Source of the DNA: Chromera velia
Taxonomy: Eukaryota
DNA length: 48,520 nt
Assembly (NCBI GenBank): GCA_018398765.1
Contig: JAHBMJ010000406.1
Location: 1-48,520 of the forward strand
Direction: 5' to 3'
Below are positions 32,911 to 45,556 of this stretch, one piece after another. Every line of letters starts with the position of its first letter. The first letter of the stretch is position 1. Under the pieces are notes generated by a model. That model had not been told where the DNA came from and made no database searches. It worked only from the letters and a program-made list of their open reading frames with translations. Position numbers and translations under genes: made by a program.

Positions 32911-34535
32911 CGAACAGACGGCGGCCTCATTGAATGAGTGGGGGACTGAATTATGCCCCTCTTTAATTTCTTATTGATTTTAATTAAATAACTGATGTAT
33001 TGATTGATTGATGGATGGATGGATGGATGCAGCCCGATGACTAGCCCGATGAGGTCTTGGAGGCGACCCGCAACAACATCCACATGCTCAGGAAGAATAG
33101 AGAGTCCAAGGGCCGTGGAATGTAAATAGAAGAAATGAATGCATCGATCGGCATGGATATGGAGCTGGGGATCGATGATTGAGGGCATGCGTGAGAACGT
33201 TGAAACAGACAAATCCTAACCGATAATTAGCGAATTCACATGCACCTGAAATGAATCAATCAGACCAAAGTAAACATGAGTGAGGGGTCGACGGGGGGAA
33301 GAAGCGAAGTTCCCTCAATCCTTCACCTCCCCCTTCGTTGTGGGCAGAAGCATGTTGTGGGGGAAGAAGGGGAAGGGCATTTGAGCGAGAAGAAGAATTG
33401 AGTCTCTGTTGGTCCGGCTCCGTTGCAAACGAAGGATGGAACATCAACATCAAGCAAAAGGAAGGAAAGAGGGTTTCCTTCCCTCTGCATGTTCTCTGGG
33501 AATGGGAGGTGGAGGAAGCTGTATGCTTTCGTTAATGTATTCACTTTTCTTTTTGCATCTGCTTCGCTGGCCCTATTTTACAGCAGTGCAGTGGAATAAG
33601 GGCGGTGGTCTCATGCATTTATGGTGCCTGCCCAGTCAGGTAAGGTCATCATACGGCCGGAAAAGAAAATTCGTCTGTCTGTCTGACTTGAACGATCAAA
33701 GTTTAACCTCCTTCTCCCTGCCTGCAGTCCCCTTTCCTTCTCTGCCCCCCCTGTCTCACAGAAAAAAGAAAAAAGAGAGAAAGGTGGTCGTTTCAAATCC
33801 GTCAGAGCTGGAGAGAAACACTGACGAGGAAGGCGTGCAGTTAAAGCCGAATGCTCTCCCTCCGTCCGCTCTGACTGACTCTTTTTTTCTTCCTCTGAGA
33901 TGATCTCCAACACATTGAGGTCTTCTTTGTCTACGAGGTCTTAGATTTTTTTTTTTCTTTTCACTCCCAGTCTTCATTCACTCTCAGACAGGCTTCATGA
34001 CATTGCTTTTTGCATTCTGCATGGAAGCTGTTCAGCTTCCGGCTTGAGTCAAAAAGTTGCAAGCTGCTGAAAGAACTCCTAGACTAATGCAGGCTAGAAT
34101 GCAGGGCAGCGGATCGAAGAAGTAGTAGATCAGAGGTATATGCCAGAGCGTTGTCTCCCCTGAGAAGTTGAATTGATTTAATTAGGTAAATTTAAAGCAA
34201 CTTTTTTGGGATTTCATGCTAAAAAAGTCTCCCTCCAAATTAATAGGCTCCAATCAAATTATGTTAAACTGTATAATCGGTTTATGTATGGTTAAGTCTA
34301 CGGTTAAGTATTATATATAAACCATATAAACTTTATTTGAACATCGCTAGGAACATCGTTTTTACATTTTTTTTTTTTAACTTTTTCTGCTAAGATTGAT
34401 CTAAGAATCTGCTTTTAGCCTTTTACAACTATTCAATCTTTACAGGAATCGTGTGGGGGAGCCAACGGGTTTTATGCCAATCCAGATGCTAGTTATACTA
34501 GTGTTCTGTAGTGCTTAACAAGCTAGGAAGTTTGA

Positions 34536-35377
34536 TAGGGTTGCTTTGTTTTTCGGCGGTAGAGAAAAGCGATTGCCGGCAGGACGGCAATTGCCGGCAG
34601 AGCTTGTCGCCACCGGCAGAGCGACTGACAGTCGATGGCAGAGAAAGTTAATTAGAGTTCAATGATAAAATCTGTGGGTCATTATCTCATAATTTATCTG
34701 TTAGAGTTAGCTAGGGAGTTAGTTTATATATGTTGTACACAGACTGTTTATAGGTTTAAACACTGTGACAGTCTGTATATGGTTTTACACAGTCCGATTA
34801 TAGGTGTACATGGAGGTGTGTGACACTCCGTCATAGGTGGTACAGTCTGAGGAGGTGCTTGAAGTTCATACCTCCTACAACCCATCTGCATGGTCAGAAG
34901 ACGAAAACGTTTCACAAAAGAGGCAGACTGAGAGAGAGAAAAGGAAAAGCAGTTCTCACAGCTTTCGCTCTAGCAGTGCAAAAGTGCGTCGCCGCAGTTG
35001 GTCTTCCGTACGTCGTTCAGAAAGGGAGAGCTCAGAGGGGGGGGCACTTGGAGGGCTATTGGGGGACTGACACAGTGATACCGCAACACGTTATCACGTT
35101 TGAGTACATAGGTAATAAATATTTTTTTTTCCAATATTTTTTATATTTTTTTTTTTTTTTTTTTAATAATTATCAAAAGGCTGTAAGAATGCTATGATCG
35201 CTTATAAAAGAATTTAAAAGCATTTTGTAGCAACTGCGCCGCAGATAAAAATTTTTTTTTTGAGACCTATTTTTTTACCTTTTTTTTCCGGCAGTGACTA
35301 AGTCAGAAATGTCCATTGCCGGCAGACCAGCAATTGCCGGCAGTGAAGGATCATTGCCGGTAGCGATCGCAACCCTG
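34536..35377. mobile_element. Non-autonomous hAT-superfamily DNA transposon (842 bp)
   Basis: Termini TAGGGTTGC (34536) and GCAACCCTG (35377). 8-bp TSD AAGTTTGA at 34528-34535 and 35378-35385. Subterminal ATTGCCGGCAG repeats at both ends; no transposase. Confidence 0.9.
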
Positions 35378-36735
35378 AAGTTTGATAGAAGATTGATTGT
35401 TTTTTTGTATATTAAATTAAGTAATACTCAATTGCTAATTTAAATTTCTTCTACTAAAGTGTTAACTAATTTGAAATGTATAAAAAATAGCTTACAGGAG
35501 ACTATATTGGGAGTTCTCCCCTTTTTTAGCAATTATCTTTGTTAAACACTAGAGAACACGTCTACTAGAAGCGCGTGCATTCGGGGGACCAGAGGAGTAC
35601 AGGGGGAGGGCTGGGAGGAAGGAGGAGTAGGCAGTGCGCTGGTCATGACTGAGGGGTAGGAAGTACTTAGCAAATGCCGAAGAAGGCATTCAGACGGAGG
35701 AGCGTCAAGTATGAGGTCGTATGAGAGAGAGAGCTAGCTAGCAGCGAGAGCAGTAACCAGGACAGAAGGAAGAGACGAAAGACGAATAGGCCAGACGCTA
35801 GGAACAAACCTTAAGTCAATGCCCCCCCTACCAGATACGAACATTTAATAATTATTGTGCTTAAATCACCATACTTCATTCAAATTCCGCAAAAAACCCT
35901 GAGTCTTTATCGTTTATGGACTGAAACGAGTGATTTGATCCTGTATCCGGAAATTTGACGAATTGTGAATACCAACCCAAGAGTGTTCGACATTCAAGTC
36001 ACGCACGTACAGCTGTACATTAAGGCCGACTTGGTTGGCCCAACACGGGGCTGACAGGAAGCCCCCCTCTTCAAAGAACAGGAACTCAATTAAACTGTGG
36101 GCCTGTATGCATGCGTTGACTGAATTAAGCAAAAAAGGAAGGAACCGTTCGAGGAATCCAGGATGTCCATGCATGTGCAAATTGCGCCTGAGATTGAAAG
36201 AGGAGAATCCGAAACTCAAAGTGCACACCCAGACTGCTGTTCAGGTTGAAAAGGCCCAGATCAGGATTTTCGCATGCCCAGAGTGCAAAAATATGCACCC
36301 ACCCCCTTGACCCCGAATAATTGCACTGCCAAGATTTACTTACTTGGACAGAAGAAGCTCGGAGATACAGAAAAGAGGGTGCATGCAGGAAATTCAATGA
36401 CTGGCTCATCGAGAAGAAAAAGTGTGGAGTTCACCCCGCTCTCTCTGGCTGCGACGAAAAAAACAAGTTCAAGTTCACTGGCATGGCAGAACCTTGAATG
36501 ATCATTAAATTAAATGCAGGCATGAAATAAACACAAACAATTGCAAGACTGCCACTTGCATCCCTTTCTTTCGAACGATGTCGTATCATGTGTCCCCACT
36601 CCGACCAGTGCCGCACTCCCTCAAAGCAAGTATGGGCCTCTCATTCATCCCCCGCCCCACAGAGAGAGGAAGGCCCTTTCAAGCAAGCAAAGAAAACGAA
36701 AGAAACGAAAAAGAAAAGTCACGTCCATGCACTCT

Positions 36736-36920
36736 CTACTCATGAATCCAGGATCTCTGCACGTAACCATCGTCTAGATCCCACGCTGCCTGGAGACGGG
36801 GAGGCCCCTTCTTCTCCAGAAGAACCCCAGGAGCCACCAGGGGAAAGCGCTCTGCAAATGTCCGCACTTTGTCTGACGATACGCGCAGCATTACGTGCTC
36901 GCCTGCGGTAGAGGCAATGC

Positions 36921-36961
<41 letters not shown>

Positions 36962-39900
36962 TATCAATGAAGTTCGTTCAACCTATGTGCATGTTTTGGG
37001 TAAGTGCGGTAAATCAAAAATATGCTCTGGATGGAGTTGTGAGTCCAACAATGTACAGAGATCTAGCTTCAGAAAAGTTCTATTGCACTTTGTGCGCTGC
37101 TCTCATGCCCATAGATTGATGCCAACCGCTGCCGAGACACGAAGCTACGCACGCATCGTCACCAAGAGATGGCACACTGCCCTCGTACGCACCTCTAGAG
37201 GCCATCTGAAAAGAAAAAGCCCATTGCGTGCGTCAGTCTTGTTGTTTGTTCTCCATTTATCTACCTAGCTGCACTCCCCACCCACCTGTCACTTTTCCTG
37301 GATGGTCCAACCCCATTGCCCCGATTATTTCGAAAGCGTTGGTCACGGTCTCCTTGTGGAAGGAGGCCACTCGCACGGACTTGAACTCTGGGACTAGACT
37401 GAACTCAGTACAGAAGAAAAGAGAAGAGCACAAAGCTGAGACTGAGTGATTTGCGGGGAGGCAAACAGATAAGCAAGAAGGCAGACACTGCCAAACATCG
37501 AAGTGTTGGGTTGAAAGCGTGAAAAGAGCAGGCAGACTGAGAGGGAGATAATACACAGCTAGGTAAACTAACGAGAAACAGGGTGGGCATCCAGGAGGAA
37601 AAGGCAAGGCAGGCAATCAGAAGTTGAGAAAAGGAAAAGAGCAGAGACGAACGGGGCCCCCTCTCTCCCACATGCAGGCTGCTGACCCCCTCATCAGATT
37701 AGGGTTCTGTGTAGTCACCCCTGTGGGGCACATGTTGGTGTTGCACTTGAGTGCCTGGATGCACCCGAGAGAGAACATGAACGCCCGTGCGGCGTTGCAG
37801 GTGTCGGCCCCGAGTGCGAGTGTCCTGACGATAGAGAACCCCGACAGGATTTTCCCACTTGCAATGATCTGCAGCCGCCAGAAAGGAAATAAAAGAAAGC
37901 GCAATAATTGCTGGAAACATACAGTGGAGTGTTTCATGTCAACCAAGAAAAAAACAATGAAGAATTGGGAGCGACCAACAAACTCTGGCAACAGTAAAGG
38001 GACACATCAAAAAGGGACCAGACAGTTGACTGGAAAACACTTCAGTCGTCGAGGATACGGAAAGAAGAACCAACAAAGGGGCAGAGTGTGTAGAGGCGGT
38101 GCGTGAAGCGCGCACGCAAACTCACAAAGACATAAGGACAAACGGAGAGCAAAATGGAAGCGAAGGCATGCAGAAAAAAAAGTGAAAGAGGAGGTCCCAA
38201 ACCAACCACTTACCCGTATTTTATCCCTCAGCCCGCCCCCCGTCAACATGTTGTTCACCAGATTCAGTCCCTCTTGCAATGGCATCCCGACGCTGTCTGA
38301 GAACTCTGGGGGTGCGGCCCCGGTGCCTCCCTCGGACCCGTCCACTGTAACGAAGTCGGGACGGATGCCTGAAACAAGACAGAGCAGGCAAGCAAGCCAG
38401 TCGGTCTAAGCCAGACAGGCGGGAAGGAAAAGATGTGGAGAAAAGTCGGGAGGGATCCATCAGCCTCTCAGAATGCTTGGGAGTCTGCAACAGCCTTCAT
38501 GTGTTCAAACGAGAGGGTGCCGGAGTATGCTTAGGTAGACGTTTTTGGACACATGCCGAACCAAGGACTCAGCTAAGGCAGGAGAATCCGGACAGGATGA
38601 AGAAACGAGACGAGACGACATTCATCCCTGACCAGTCTCAATCATTGCATGGCAGATGGCCGAGAAGTCTTCAGGCTGTCCCACACAGAGTTTGAATCCC
38701 ACCGGCTTCCCTCCTGAGAGTTCTCTCAACTTTCCGATAAACTCCATCATCCCTGTAGGAGACGAGAAGGCCGAATGACGAGGAGGGGAGTTGCAATCTT
38801 CCTCAGCTGGAAAGGGCAAACCCCGAGCTGTTGCGATGGCTTTGGTGATCTTTCCCTTTGGCAGCATGCCCCCATGTGAAGGTTTGGCTCCTTGGCTGAG
38901 CTTCAGCTCGATCATTTTGCACTGTTCCCTCTGTGCGTTCTCTTTGAACAACACAGGATCGAATGTTCTTCTCAAGCCCCCCTGCCCACACCCAAAATAC
39001 CCAGTACCAATATTCCAAACCAAATCACCCCCAGGCTTCAAATGAAACTCCGACATGCCCCCCTCTCCGGTGTTATGGAAGAACCCCCCCCGCTTTGCCC
39101 CCTCGTTCAAGGCCAGAATCGCATTATCACTTAGAGCCCCGTAGGACATCCCAGAGATGTTCAGGAGGGAGGCGCTGTACGGCTGTTTGCACCCGTTTTC
39201 CTTCTTTCCGATGGTCACTCTTTTGTTCTCTTCAGGAACCTCCGTGGGAAAGATCGAGTGGTTTGCCCACGTGTACCCGACCTGATTTGATTGGGGCATG
39301 GGTGGGTGGAAAGGGACGTCTAGCGAAGCAAGAGGATTAAAGAGTAAGTAAAGTTTCTTGCATACGGCGAAAGTACTTACACAGGCATGCTGTCATGCAG
39401 CCTTCTTATGATGGCTGCAAAACAAAAAGCGAAGGAAGGAAGAGAGAGAATCAGTAGAGAAAGTCGGGGTCAGAACTAAAAGAGACATGCAGACAGACAG
39501 ACCGACAGAAAGACGGGCGAGACCATGCAAAACTCTGTTGCACTTACCGCATACACATTTCTGCTGGTGCCAAAACACGCAGCATCAGGCGCCTCCTTCG
39601 ACCGTCGGTATGCCATGCTCTGCAATGAAGTGAAACAAACAGGAGTCCATATAAACGACTGAACAAGAGGTGAAGGCTCTTTCTTAATTCGTGCTGCACT
39701 GAAGCTTCAGCTGTCTTTCAGGTGAGAATATGCATGCCTTTATTGCACAATTTGCAAACCTCCACCTATCCACCGACCCACCCACCCACCAACCGACCCT
39801 GTGTTGTCGATCGTACTGGATGTCAGGCTCGTAGTCGGACTCGATGAAATACTGGCGGATCTCTGGACGCAATACCTCCAGGATGTACCTGCAGGCAGGG

Positions 39901-41648
39901 AGGGAGGGAGGGAGGTTGGTCAGGAAGAAGGTAGGGAGGGGGTCCGAGGAGTCGAGAAAAGTTAAGTGGATGGTCATTGATCAAATGGAGAGAGAGGAAG
40001 CGTGACATTCGAACTTTTTCGATGGAAGGTCTCCAGGTTGGAGGAAAAGCTTCAAGCAGAATGAGCGTGCACAAAACATTTGAAGGGGACAAGAAAACAG
40101 ACACGGCAATTAAGGTCTTGCCTGAATGTCTCCGTGTGTCACCTTGTCTTCATGACCACCTCCATTCATCAGGCAACTTGAAGCATTTGGTACTCACTCT
40201 CAGCTCAAGTATTTCAAGTCAGTGAAACCAAGAAGATATTCCTGCCTGCCTGCCTGCCTGACTGACTGAATGAATGAATGAATGAATGAATGAATAAAAG
40301 AATGAATGAATGAATGACTGACTGAATGAATGAATGAATGAATGACTGACTGACTGAATAAATGCATGAATGAATGAATGAATGAATGAATGAATGAATG
40401 AATAAACGAATGAATGAATGATTGTCTGACTGACTGACTGACTGACTGACTGACTGATTGTCTGACTGACTGACTGACTGATTGTCTGACTGACTGACTG
40501 ACTGACTGACTAACTGACTAACTGACTGAATGCGTAACTAACTGACTGACTGACTGACTGACTGCCTGACTGCCTGACTGCCTGCCTGCCTGCCTGCCTG
40601 CCTGACTGACTGATAGACTGCCTGACTGCCTGCCTGCCTGCCTGCCTGACTGACTGACTGACTGACCAACCGAAAGTTTCCCAGCACGGGGAAGTTTCGT
40701 TTAATTGCGAAATTTTCCTGTTTGAGGTCGGAGAGGCCCTGGTACCAATACCTGCAAGCAGAAGAGGAAGTCCATGATGTGACATAGACAGAAAGGAACT
40801 CTGAGCAACAGACAGACAGACAGACATGCTGAGAGACAGGGAGGGTGGAGCCAGGAAGAGGCAAAACGAGAAGAAGAGGATAATGTGGTGCGCCGTCAGA
40901 ATGACAGATTTTCTACCAAAGAGGATTGAAGCACTCTCAAGAATCTGACGGTTCAGTCGATTTCTTCTTCTGAGCAAAAAGAAAATATTGACATGATGAA
41001 AAAAGAAAAAGAAAAACAACTGACCCGGCAGTGAGAGCAGCAGCCGCGTAGGGTTGCCATGCCAGAGGACCCAGAAAAGCGAACATCGACACGGACCCCG
41101 CCCCGAGTCCATAGCCGACCCTCCTGAAGACTGCCGGTGTCCACAAGTGAATGAAGTCTGGGAAGGCCGTTGCTCTGGTCACAGGCTTCCTCCAACTCTC
41201 CGTGTGCTCCTCTGGGCCCTTCGAGGCTGCAGGCAGGGAGGGAGGGATGGAATGTCTGCGTGTGTCTGTGTGTATTCAGAAAATAACATCTGGTGGCCAT
41301 ATCATGGGATGCATCTACGAGACCCTAGAACGGGGAATCGTCCCCCAAGTTTTGAGGTTGCAAAAGAATTGGGATACTCTTGGAACTTCCACAATCGTAT
41401 AGATAACCCCAACCAATGTGAGTTTCTGGTTGGTTTTACGCCCAATTTCTCGTTATTATCCACCTTCTGGTGCGACAACATGCATCATTGTCAGCAGACA
41501 AGCAGCAACCATGACGGACAGACCGACCTTTTGCTGAGAAGCGCCTGCTTGTTGCGTAAATGCATGCAGCAGAGGCAAGCTCCCTGCGGATCCCCCTCCT
41601 GACCACGAAATGCTGGAGAGGGACGAGTGGGCACCCAAAGAAGCCCAT
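36736..41648 (-). CDS. FMN-binding glutamate synthase family protein (stand-alone synthase domain), 10 exons
   Basis: Exons 41648-41528, 41226-41025, 40751-40671, 39888-39798, 39619-39548, 39281-38633, 38368-38214, 37868-37687, 37398-37286 and 36902-36736 splice in frame at GT-AG. Motifs: RNFPVLGNFRY..EIRQYF, SGMSYGALS, NTGEGG, ELKLSQGAKPSHGGMLP, KPVGFK, DGSEGGTGAAP, and the Fe-S motif GCIQALKCNTNMCPTGV. Confidence 0.93.
40240..40668. repeat. (GAAT)n/(GACT)n/(GCCT)n microsatellite in an intron
   Basis: Seen directly. Confidence 0.97.
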
Positions 41649-42023
41649 CTCTTTCAATCTCAGCTAGACGGTTCTTCGAAAGCAACCTCGTTTGCGTAAA
41701 CGAGGCAGAAAGTCCACCACTTTGCTCTGTTTACAGGTTCTCTACCGAGAGATGAAACAAAGATACTGCATGCGCAGGAGCGTGCAATGTGTTGCCTGCA
41801 AAGAAGGCGCCGCAAAGTGGGTCAACTGAACTTAAACCCGAGTCTCGATATCTTGAGCTTGAGAAAACGTGGATCTACGCATTCACACCTCCATGTGTCG
41901 ACGTGCGTCATGTGTGATCGATGTGTGATCTTTCTTGAATGTTCTTTTTAGTAATATATATGCAATTTTATACGGGAGTGTTGCAGTCTGATTGAAGTTC
42001 GAATTCACTGTTGCGTAGAGCAC

Positions 42024-42085
42024 TTGCATGCATGCATGCATGCGTATATCGATCGTGTTTATCGATCGTCGTATATGCATGCATG
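42024..42085. promoter_or_regulatory. TGCATGCA tandem cluster in a divergent intergenic region
   Basis: TTGCATGCATGCATGCATGCG and ATGCATGCATG lie between the head-to-head glutamate-synthase-like and coiled-coil genes. Confidence 0.6.
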
Positions 42086-42289
42086 TTGCACAAAAAGTGT
42101 ATGATACATGACAGTCTTTGACAGATCGAAGCAAGCTAGAGCAATGAGTTTCTGCTTCTTCATCAGCTATCAGAAAGCTGCGAGTGTATTTTGTCACACA
42201 TCATCGAAAGTCGCCACCTCCTGTGATCAGTCTGATTGCTGAATCAAGTGCTTCCTCAAAATCCAAGTGTTGTTCATTAATTGTGCAGT

Positions 42290-43114
42290 ATGGACGGTCA
42301 GCAACGAACAGACAGGATGGTCGGCTGGCTTCCTTCTGATGCTGAGGAGCAGCTCGAACTTGGGTGGAGTGTGATTTCTCACGCATTCAAGCAGAAATGG
42401 CAGGACGGTCAGACAGAGATTGAGGCTTTGAAAGCAGAGAACGAGAGATTGGTGAAAATGCTCGAGAAAGCCGACGACAGGTCATCCGCACTTGAGGAGC
42501 AGTTGCAGAGAGCAAATGACAAGAGCTCGCAGCTGGTCTCAGAGAACCAGAATTTGGTGTACACCATCAAGCGTCTTCAAAAGGACGTGCAACGCCTCGA
42601 GAACTTGAAGAAAGTCGTTCTCTCACAGATCCAGGAAGACACAGACACTATTGCATTCCCAGCTTCCAACACCCTCCGTGCTGTTGCAGCGCAAACAGCA
42701 CAAGCCCAAGGGGGGCACACTCACACTGTGATGCCTTCCGGTCATACCAACCAGCACTTTGTGATGTCGAAACCGGCAGAATCCCACATGCCCGCAACCA
42801 TCAGTGCCCCACTGCCAGCAGGTGCTGGCCGCAGTGGAAACGGACGCTCCCAGCCTGAGATGTACCCCCCCACCTCTCAGACGGCGACTGGGGCAGCAGA
42901 GACTGTCGCCGCGGTGGACGGGAAAGAATTCTTCCGGGTGGCTCGTAGTGCATTAAGCTATGAGTCGTTCAACCGTTTCCTGTCTGTCATCCGTCAGTTG
43001 AACAACAGAGAACTGAGCAGGGACGCGACTCTGGAGCATGCAAAGGGTATCTTCGGAAAGGATCAGCCAGAGCTCCTTGAGAGCTTCCGGATGCTCCTCA
43101 TGAGACACATGTGA
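42290..43114 (+). CDS. At4g15545-like coiled-coil protein
   Basis: N-terminal LPSDAEEQLELG..VISHAF, a coiled coil ending LQKDVQRLENLKKVVL, and C-terminal VDGKEFFRVARSALSYESFNRFL..I..LN..IFG..LL. Single coding exon, ATG at 42290. Confidence 0.88.
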   Translation: MDGQQRTDRMVGWLPSDAEEQLELGWSVISHAFKQKWQDGQTEIEALKAENERLVKMLEKADDRSSALEEQLQRANDKSSQLVSENQNLVYTIKRLQKDVQRLENLKKVVLSQIQEDTDTIAFPASNTLRAVAAQTAQAQGGHTHTVMPSGHTNQHFVMSKPAESHMPATISAPLPAGAGRSGNGRSQPEMYPPTSQTATGAAETVAAVDGKEFFRVARSALSYESFNRFLSVIRQLNNRELSRDATLEHAKGIFGKDQPELLESFRMLLMRHM

Positions 43115-44173
43115 CCGGCCTAGCATGCATGCGCACAATCGTATTTCGCTTCGTGGAAGATTTCTGATTGGATTGGCAGACAGACAAACGGCACCGACAC
43201 GAATGAGAGGAGAGAGGCGGACATACGGCCAGCATTCCCCCCGTCACTCAAGTTAGCACCCAAGTCCTTTGAGCTCGTGAGGGTCCCACGCGGATAACCT
43301 CTCATTTGTATCCAGCTGGGGAGTGTGTTTTGGTGGGACTCTAGCTGACTGCATTAGAACTAGCATCAGAAATAAGTTCTCGTCACGAATCTCGTGTTTC
43401 ACTGTTGATGTGACCGTCGTTTGCAATGGATGCAAAAAAATATAAAAAAGCTGCCAAAAACTAACTACATTAAACCTGCTACTAATTGTTTGTCATATTT
43501 TGAACTCGACATTGTCACTCAGTGTGGGCCGCATTAAGACAAAACGGCGACAGTGCTCTAGGACACCACTAATCACTAACCACTATCCACTAACCACATT
43601 ATGCCCAAGTTCAAGCATGGTAGCATATTAATGTATATACCAGGTTTTACATTTATTCTAGCATTTATTGACTTCCAATTTGATGTCCAATTTTCAAAAT
43701 TATTCATTGAACCCTAGATTCTAGCCTAGATTGAACAGAAGAAACCAAAAATGGCTTAACTACNNNNNAGTGTATAAGTATGTCTTTAAATGATTATGAT
43801 CCTAGCTCTAGTCCTAGCTACTTAATTTAGACAAAAAAAAAACATAAAAATTCAATGATTTCGATCTGATTTTTTTTTTATTGATTTGAAATAGTTTCAT
43901 AAACCCTAAACTATCTATTTTATTTCTTTTTATAAAACGAATCAAACTATAATAAACAATGAATCTTTTAAGTGTATGTTCAAGTTAGACCGCAACTTAG
44001 ACGATTTCCGAGCTAGTTTCCGAGTCAGTGTAAGCTGATATCTGGCAGTGGATCGCGTCGATAACACATATATACATATACAAATAAATCTCAATATTTT
44101 ATCATATGAATACCTGGACACCCTATTCAAGGCCTGATTGATTCAAGCGGAGCCGCATGGCTTATCCTCGTTT

Positions 44174-45502
44174 TCATTCTGCTTTTCGTTTCTCGCTTCC
44201 TGGATACTTCTCTCTCTTCAAGGATGCTACCTTTGGTGAGGCCGCGTGACGCGTGTTCACAAAATCCAGCACTGCGAGGGTGCCTGCCACTGAGAAAACC
44301 GGAATCACCAACATGAACAGAAGCGGGAAGAGAACCCCCCCCCCACAGACACAGTCCTCTGCCCAGGAGTAAACCAAGGAGAGTGAGGGGACGCCAGGGG
44401 TGTCTGTATTCGCAAACGTGCGCAGATACTTGTCCAGCAGAGCGTCCCCGCTAAGCCACCCGGTCAATTTGTAGGGCAGGTATTCAATCACCTCATCCGG
44501 CGTCATCTTGGCATCTTTCAGTACACCCCGCACGGATGGAAGTTTCAAAATTCCCAACAGCCAGGGCACCAGAAAGTCCTGCAATCCTGAGTGAAGAGAA
44601 CTGAGGGCGCCGTGCAGCCACAAGGCGACGTAGCGTCTTGCCTGCAGCACGCTCTGCAGGGCGACAGCAAAGCAAAGGAAGTAAGGCTCGAGGAAAGGGA
44701 CAGAGAGAGCAAGAACGGAGCACAACTTTTTGCCTAATTCCATGATCGGCATAAGAAAGAAACATGCACACAGCGACGACGAGGGAAGGGGCCGTCTTGC
44801 TTTCGATGTCAAGCCGTCCCCACTTCGTGCGTGCATCAGTTCCAGCCACACTCTGCCTCGTCACCAGTCACCACCCTGTGCGACCATCCCATGCATGCAT
44901 ACAGCCCGCTCCCTCCCACCATTCAAAGAGGCGACTGACGGCAAAGGGAAGAGGGGCAAAGAAAAGAAGAGGCACCACGACGACCATCACTCCGAGGACC
45001 CTTCTGAGTGCAGACCGCTGAGAGGATGTTTCTGGGGGGCCCTTTCTGTCGCTGTCCGCTCTTCCCTCGTGTCCCTCCAATGCGTCATTCGAGGCTTCCA
45101 GCTCTTCCGGGGGAAGCTCATCTTCATTCTCATTCTGCGAAGGGGTGGGAGTCAACGAAAGGAAAGAGGGAAAACCAATGCAAAGAAAAAGAAGCAGCTC
45201 AAATGACACGACCGGCAGGAAACAAGAGCAGCAGCACAGCAACAATTCAACAGGACGACCCAACTCCACCTCAATCAACATTGTGCTCCTCCCTCCCCTA
45301 CCATTTCCTCCTTTCCTCCAATTCCACCACCCCTTCCCTGCATCTCCGTGCAAACAACCACCCCGACACGCAGACCCCTTACCGTCTCACCTGAAGGACG
45401 AGAATCACCGGAACCAAAAGAAGCGTCAGAAAGACAGACATGGCCCAGTTGAAAAGCTGCAAGGAGGGAAGGAAAGTCAAGTGAGAGGTCCAGAGACACA
45501 CA

Positions 45503-45556
<54 letters not shown>

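Noticed and set aside
32384..33212. ORFs made of SVSQ, CVCV, SFFL or ERER repeats (also at 3194-3623, 27100-27705 and 48173-48517)
   Set aside because: Translations of microsatellites.
43900..43911. TAAACCCTAAAC as a telomere repeat or telomerase template
   Set aside because: Fewer than two units in AT-rich DNA, with no supporting structure.
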